Below, one piece after another: positions 57,735-64,000 of a stretch of 64,000 nucleotides of DNA. Source of the DNA: Escherichia coli. GTDB taxonomy: Bacteria; Pseudomonadota; Gammaproteobacteria; Enterobacterales; Enterobacteriaceae. Under the pieces are notes generated by a model, which worked only from the letters and a program-made list of their open reading frames with translations, was not told the DNA's origin and did no database searches. Numbering within the stretch: position 1 is the stretch's first letter; every line of letters begins with the position of its first letter. The stretch lies in the NCBI RefSeq assembly GCF_003334355.1, contig NZ_QOWP01000012.1. The stretch is one strand, 5' to 3'. Made by a program: the position numbers and the translations under genes.

Positions 57735-59327
57735 TTACTCGATCCCTTTACTACGCAGGTAATCTTCGTAATTACCGCTAAAGTCGATCACGCGTTCCGG
57801 GGTGATTTCCAGAATGCGGGTCGCCAGGGAGCTTACGAACTCACGGTCGTGTGAAACAAAGATCAGCGTGCCCTGATACAGTTCCAGTGCCATGTTCAGC
57901 GACTCAATGGATTCCATATCCAGGTGGTTGGTCGGTTCGTCCATGATCAGAATGTTCGGCTTCTGCATCATTAACTTACCAAACAGCATCCGCCCTTTTT
58001 CCCCACCGGAAAGCACTTTAGCTGGCTTTTTGATGTCGTCCTGGCTGAACAGCAAACGACCGAGAATACTGCGTACCGCCTGCTCGTCATCGCCTTCCTG
58101 CTTCCACTGGCTCATCCATTCGAACACGGTCAGATCATTTTCAAACTCATATTCGTGGTCCTGAGCATAGTAACCAATGCGCGCGTTCTCAGACCATTTT
58201 ACGGTGCCGCTGTCCGGTTGCAGATCGCCCACCAGCGTTTTCAGCAGCGTTGATTTACCGACGCCGTTGGTACCCAGTACCGCCAGTTTTTCACCCACTT
58301 CCAGCAGCAGGTTGAGATTTTTAAACAGCGGACCGTTATCAAACCCTTTGGTCAGACCTTCCACTTCCAGCGCGTTACGGAACAGTTTCTTATCCTGTTC
58401 AAAACGGATGAACGGGTTCTGACGGCTGGAGGCTTTCACCTCTTCCAGTTTGATTTTATCAATCTGGCGCGCGCGCGAAGTTGCCTGGCGAGATTTCGAG
58501 GCGTTGGCGCTAAAGCGGCTAACGAAAGATTGCAACTCAGCAATCTGCGCTTTCTTCTTGGCGTTATCGGCCAGCAGACGTTCACGCGCCTGGGTCGCCG
58601 CCGTCATGTACTCATCGTAGTTACCCGGATAAACGCGCAGCTCGCCGTAATCCAGATCCGCCATGTGGGTACAGACCATGTTAAGGAAGTGACGGTCGTG
58701 CGAGATGATGATCATGGTGCTGTCACGCTCGTTCAGCACCTGTTCCAGCCAGCGAATGGTGTCGATGTCGAGGTTGTTGGTCGGTTCGTCGAGCAGGAGA
58801 ATATCCGGATCAGCAAACAGCGCCTGCGCCAGAAGCACACGCAGCTTCCAGCCAGGAGCAACTTCACTCATCGGGCCGTAGTGCTGTTCCACTGGAATTC
58901 CCACGCCAAGCAACAGTTCACCGGCGCGAGCTTCCGCAGAGTAACCGTCCATTTCGCCGTATTTAACTTCCAGATCGGCCACTTTATAGCCGTCTTCTTC
59001 ACTCATTTCCGGCAAAGCATAGATGCGGTCGCGCTCCTGCTTCACTTCCCACAACTCTTTATGCCCCATGATCACCGTATCCAGCACAGTGAACTCTTCA
59101 AAGGCAAACTGATCCTGACGCAGTTTACCAATGCGCTCGTTGGGATCGAGGGAAACGTTACCCAGCGTCGGCTCAAGGTCGCCGCCGAGGATCTTCATAA
59201 AGGTGGATTTACCACTACCGTTCGCGCCAATCAGGCCGTAACGGTTGCCGCCGCCAAATTTGACGGAAATGTTTTCAAACAACGGCTTACTGCCGAACTG
59301 CATGGTGACGTTACTGGAAACTAACAC
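57735..59327 (-). CDS. ybiT: ABC-F family ATPase (two ATP-binding cassettes, no transmembrane domain)
   Basis: 530 aa; two Walker A motifs ([18 protein letters not shown]) and two LSGGE signatures. Confidence 0.9.
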
Positions 59328-59545
59328 AGGCGTATCCTGAAAAGAGATATGACAAACCGCGCATTATGCCATAAGTCTGAAAGAAGATCCTGCTCCTCGC
59401 TTAAGGTCTACACTCAAGCCAAAGGCAAAAAATGTGATTTCGTACACATCTGATTTCACTGTGAGCTGGAATGAACTTATAATGCGCTTCCAATACTCTA
59501 ATATTCTCAACCCAATGGCCTGCCAGGCACAAAATCTCGCTTAAC

Positions 59546-60466
59546 ATGAATATGAAATTGAAAACATTATTCGCAGCGGCCTTCGCTGTTGTCGGCTTTT
59601 GCAGTACCGCCTCTGCGGTAACTTATCCTCTGCCAACCGACGGGAGTCGCCTGGTTGGTCAGAATCAGGTGATCACCATTCCTGAAGGTAACACTCAGCC
59701 GCTGGAGTATTTTGCCGCCGAGTACCAGATGGGGCTTTCCAATATGATGGAAGCGAACCCGGGTGTGGATACCTTCCTGCCGAAAGGCGGTACTGTACTG
59801 AACATTCCGCAGCAGCTGATCCTGCCGGATACCGTTCATGAAGGCATCGTCATTAACAGTGCTGAGATGCGTCTTTATTACTATCCGAAAGGGACCAACA
59901 CCGTTATCGTGCTGCCGATCGGCATTGGTCAGTTAGGCAAAGATACGCCTATCAACTGGACCACCAAAGTTGAGCGTAAAAAAGCAGGCCCGACCTGGAC
60001 GCCGACCGCCAAAATGCACGCAGAGTACCGCGCTGCGGGCGAACCGCTTCCGGCTGTCGTTCCGGCAGGTCCGGATAACCCGATGGGGCTGTATGCACTC
60101 TATATCGGTCGCCTGTATGCTATCCATGGCACCAACGCCAACTTCGGTATCGGCCTGCGTGTAAGTCATGGTTGTGTGCGTCTGCGTAACGAAGACATCA
60201 AATTCCTGTTCGAGAAAGTACCGGTCGGTACCCGCGTACAGTTTATTGATGAGCCGGTAAAAGCGACCACCGAGCCAGACGGCAGCCGTTATATTGAAGT
60301 CCATAACCCGCTGTCTACCACCGAAGCCCAGTTTGAAGGTCAGGAAATTGTGCCAATTACCCTGACGAAGAGCGTGCAGACAGTGACCGGTCAGCCAGAT
60401 GTTGACCAGGTTGTTCTTGATGAAGCGATTAAAAACCGCTCCGGGATGCCGGTTCGTCTGAATTAA
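59546..60466 (+). CDS. ldtB: L,D-transpeptidase (Lpp-peptidoglycan linking, YkuD domain)
   Basis: 306 aa; signal peptide; catalytic SHGCVRL motif. Confidence 0.92.
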
Positions 60467-60483
60467 TCTTCAAAACTTAAAGC

Positions 60484-60514
60484 AAAAGGCGGACTCATAA
60501 TCCGCCTTTTTTAT
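60484..60514. terminator. Bidirectional intrinsic terminator between convergent ldtB and ybiR
   Basis: AAAAGGCGGA-ctcataa-TCCGCCTTTT: A-run, stem, T-run symmetric on both strands. Confidence 0.7.
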
Positions 60515-60524
60515 TTGCCAGACC

Positions 60525-61643
60525 CTAGTTGGCCGGGAGTATAACTAACAAAACATATCCCACCAACGCCGCCCACAACAGCATCGGTATTGAATAGAGA
60601 TGGAAACGCCACCAGATGCGGCGATCGTTCGCCATACGTAGCGCAATCAAATTTGCCAGCGATCCGGGTAATAACCCAAAGCCACCTACGTTTACCGCCC
60701 ATACCAGTAATAAAGACGGCGGCACATAGTTCAGCAACAATATGGTACTCGGCACGTTACTGATCACCTGCGATAAACCGATTGCCGTTAACCATAACCC
60801 GGGTTCAGATAGATGACTCACGTTACCCAACACGCCTTGCAACGCTGGAAGCTGGGTCAGTAAATGGACGTCGATAAACATCGCCATAAACACCAGCAGC
60901 AGCGTCCAGTCCACACTGAGCACCACGCGACGTGCCAGCAGCGCAAAGCCTGCCGCCACAATCACCAGTCCCCACAGCTCTTGTTTGAACTCCAGCGCCG
61001 TCAGAAAGACGATATACAGCCCCAGACAACTCCACACCAGCCGCGGTTTCCACTCCGGTGTTTGCACCCCCGTATGGTATTGCAGCGCCTTTCCAGGGAA
61101 ACAACACCAGCACAGGAGCAGGAGCGTCAGCATCATTGCGCCAGCCAGCGGTGCCATTTGGGCAATAAATCCGGCAAACGAAAGACCAGAACGTCCCCAG
61201 ATAAGAATATTTTGCGGGTTGCCAATTGGCGTCAGTAGCGAACCAGCGTTGACTGCCAGCGCCTCAAAAATAATCAGCCGATTAACCGGGATCTCACACA
61301 GTCTTTTTAGCGTGATAGTCAGCGGAACAACAATAAACAGCGCGACATCGTTGGTCAGAAAGGTAGAAAGCAGCGCCGCCGCCAGCACCATAAACATCGC
61401 CAGCCGACGCTCCGTAGCAAAGCGGCGCACCATTTTGCGCCCCAGCACATCAAAATAACCGCTTAACTCCACACCTTTGGTCAGCAGCATCAGGCCGCTT
61501 AAGGTGATGATGGTGTGCCAGTCGATAGCAGCAGGCCAGGATTTCGGTGCAAAGGGCACGAAAAAGCTTAATCCGATACCAACAAGAATTAATAACTGAA
61601 AAAAACGATCGCCTTGCAGCGTGCGTAAAAAAGGCAGACTCAT
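60525..61643 (-). CDS. ybiR: Putative anion permease (ArsB/NhaD superfamily)
   Basis: 372 aa; polytopic; start overlaps the mntR stop (ATGA). Confidence 0.88.
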
Positions 61644-62107
61644 TTGGCACCGTGTTTCTGGGTAAACAAACGAAAAGCGTCGAGCGTCTCTTCACTAACA
61701 TGGTGCTCCATGCCTTCCGCGTCGCGACGGGCGATTTCCGGACTGACGCCCAACACCAACAAGAAATTTTCGACTATCTGATGTCGCTCGCGGCTTTCCT
61801 GCGCCAGCTTCTCTCCTTCTGCCGTTAAAAACACGCCACGCCAGGGGATCATTTCAATCAGCCCCATGGTTGCCAGCCGCTTAAGCATTTTAGCCACCGT
61901 CGGTTGCGAAACTCCCAGACGAGCAGCCATGTCCACCTGACGAGCTTCCCCCACTTCCCTGATCAAGTCAGAAATCAGCTCAACGTAATCATCAATAAGC
62001 TCGCGCCGATGCGCCTCTCTGACCTGGCGGAACCCTTCAACGTGCTCTTCCACGTTCACTAACTGCGTCACTTTTTTTGCTGTTGGCGTACCTGCGCGAC
62101 GACTCAT
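61640..62107 (-). CDS. mntR: Manganese-responsive DtxR-family repressor
   Basis: 155 aa; [28 protein letters not shown]. Confidence 0.92.
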
Positions 62108-62216
62108 TGTGCTTCCTCATTATGGTGACGCATACATAGCGTTCTCATTTCGTGCGCACATTGTAAACCAGAGTTGCGAAGGTACAAAAAATTAACGTTT
62201 TAGCAATAGCTATATA

Positions 62217-62234
62217 ATATAGCCTGTGCTATAT
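62217..62234. promoter_or_regulatory. Candidate MntR operator ATATAGC-ctgt-GCTATAT in the mntS promoter
   Basis: Perfect 7-nt inverted arms with a 4-nt spacer about 60 bp upstream of mntS; resembles the MntR box half-site ATAGC. mntS is a known MntR-repressed gene. Confidence 0.5.
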
Positions 62235-62292
62235 CTGTATGTAATGCAATCATCCCTCAAGGATCGACGGGATTAGCAAGTCAGGAGGTCTT

Positions 62293-62421
62293 ATGAATGA
62301 GTTCAAGAGGTGTATGCGCGTGTTTAGTCATTCTCCCTTTAAAGTACGGTTAATGCTGCTCTCTATGTTGTGCGATATGGTCAACAACAAACCGCAGCAA
62401 GATAAACCTTCCGATAAATAG
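62293..62421 (+). CDS. mntS: Small manganese-homeostasis protein MntS (RybA locus)
   Basis: 42-aa ORF MNEFKRCMRVFSHSPFKVRLMLLSMLCDMVNNKPQQDKPSDK read directly; AGGAGG 5 nt upstream of the ATG; below the length cut-off of the supplied ORF track. Confidence 0.8.
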   Translation: MNEFKRCMRVFSHSPFKVRLMLLSMLCDMVNNKPQQDKPSDK

Positions 62422-62692
62422 CGGCGTCGCGGTACGCCGCTTCACTCCTGCTTTCATGCAGGCATAACGCGTTTTGGTCTGAAAAACCCCACTTTTTGTC
62501 GGATTTGCAATCCCCTTCGCAAAAGATTTGTTCGTCAGTAGTTGACCTGAACGGCGGCTCGCTCTATCTTCTTGCAGCCCTGCGTATATTGCGGCTCGCG
62601 GATGCGGACCCCTTTCCACTCTTCACGCACTCTTGCAGGTATTGACCCTTGACGCCAGGGTAAGCACATGGCGTTTGTTACGATAGTGGCAT

Positions 62693-64000
62693 ATGAATTT
62701 AACCCTCAAAGAATCGCTTGTTACCCGTAGCCGGGTATTTAGCCCGTGGACTGCGTTCTACTTTTTACAGTCGCTATTAATTAACCTCGGCTTAGGTTAC
62801 CCCTTCAGTTTGCTCTACACCGCTGCGTTTACGGCTATTTTGCTTTTGCTATGGCGAACATTGCCTCGCGTACAAAAAGTTCTGGTCGGTGTCAGTTCGC
62901 TGGTGGCGGCTTGTTATTTCCCTTTTGCTCAGGCCTACGGCGCGCCTAATTTCAATACATTGCTGGCATTGCACTCCACCAATATGGAAGAGTCGACCGA
63001 AATCCTGACGATTTTTCCGTGGTACAGCTACCTGGTCGGCTTATTTATTTTTGCGCTCGGCGTAATAGCAATCAGGCGAAAAAAAGAGAATGAAAAAGCG
63101 CGCTGGAATACCTTCGACAGCCTGTGTCTGGTATTCAGTGTGGCGACATTTTTTGTTGCTCCCGTGCAAAACCTGGCCTGGGGTGGCGTATTTAAACTGA
63201 AAGATACTGGCTATCCGGTATTTCGTTTTGCTAAGGATGTCATCGTCAATAATAACGAGGTGATTGAAGAGCAAGAACGGATGGCAAAACTTTCCGGAAT
63301 GAAAGATACCTGGACGGTCACTGCCGTTAAGCCGAAGTATCAGACCTATGTGGTGGTGATCGGTGAAAGCGCGCGTCGCGATGCCCTCGGTGCCTTTGGC
63401 GGTCACTGGGACAATACCCCGTTTGCCAGCAGCGTTAACGGTTTGATATTTGCTGACTACATTGCCGCCAGTGGCTCCACGCAGAAATCGCTTGGCTTAA
63501 CGCTCAATCGCGTTGTCGATGGCAAACCACAGTTTCAGGATAACTTTGTCACCCTGGCAAATCGCGCGGGCTTCCAGACCTGGTGGTTTTCCAACCAGGG
63601 TCAAATCGGCGAATACGATACCGCTATCGCCAGCATCGCCAAACGAGCAGATGAAGTGTACTTCCTGAAAGAAGGTAATTTTGAAGCAGATAAAAACACC
63701 AAAGACGAAGCGTTACTGGATATGACCGCTCAAGTGCTGGCGCAAGAGCACTCGCAACCGCAGCTGATTGTTCTACATCTGATGGGCTCACATCCGCAGG
63801 CCTGCGACAGGACACAAGGAAAATACGAAACCTTTGTGCAATCGAAAGAAACGTCGTGCTATCTCTATACCATGACGCAAACGGACGATTTACTGCGCAA
63901 GCTGTACGATCAGTTACGCAACAGCGGCAGCAGCTTCTCGCTGGTTTACTTTTCTGACCACGGTCTGGCCTTTAAAGAGCGCGGTAAAGACGTGCAATAC
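62693..64000 (+). CDS. opgE: Phosphoethanolamine transferase for periplasmic glucans (partial, 3' end beyond window)
   Basis: Open frame from the ATG at 62693 to the window end (436 codons, no stop); MNLTLKESLVTRSRVFSPW; N-terminal transmembrane helices then sulfatase-like domain. Confidence 0.85.
   Translation, partial: MNLTLKESLVTRSRVFSPWTAFYFLQSLLINLGLGYPFSLLYTAAFTAILLLLWRTLPRVQKVLVGVSSLVAACYFPFAQAYGAPNFNTLLALHSTNMEESTEILTIFPWYSYLVGLFIFALGVIAIRRKKENEKARWNTFDSLCLVFSVATFFVAPVQNLAWGGVFKLKDTGYPVFRFAKDVIVNNNEVIEEQERMAKLSGMKDTWTVTAVKPKYQTYVVVIGESARRDALGAFGGHWDNTPFASSVNGLIFADYIAASGSTQKSLGLTLNRVVDGKPQFQDNFVTLANRAGFQTWWFSNQGQIGEYDTAIASIAKRADEVYFLKEGNFEADKNTKDEALLDMTAQVLAQEHSQPQLIVLHLMGSHPQACDRTQGKYETFVQSKETSCYLYTMTQTDDLLRKLYDQLRNSGSSFSLVYFSDHGLAFKERGKDVQY

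Overview
This window reads as a gene-for-gene match to the well-characterised Escherichia coli K-12-type core chromosome segment (lysO/hcp through mntS/opgE), in reverse-complement orientation to the usual map. I do not see a previously undescribed system inserted here. The identification rests on recognising the translated ORFs and their synteny from memory; no database search was run. I call 60 protein-coding genes, including the hcp-hcr, artPIQM/artJ, potFGHI, ybjC-nfsA-rimK-ybjN, iaaA-gsiABCD and moeAB operons, and the window ends inside opgE. Gene lengths and spacing leave no room for a foreign insertion, and I found no transposase, integrase, phage, CRISPR or toxin-antitoxin signal. Non-coding features I can support are four REP/BIME clusters, several intrinsic terminators, and candidate FNR, NsrR, ArgR and MntR operator sequences. 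The most under-explained loci are the ybiY-ybiW glycyl-radical enzyme pair with its sugar-phosphate neighbours fsaA, ybiV and ybiU, the AT-rich dgcI-pdeI c-di-GMP pair, and the y-genes ybjT, ybjS, ybjL, ybjO, ybjM, ybjP and ybjQ. Start codons were placed by trimming the longest ORF to the N-terminus I recall and checking the codon and ribosome-binding site in the sequence; composition statements are visual impressions, not computed.
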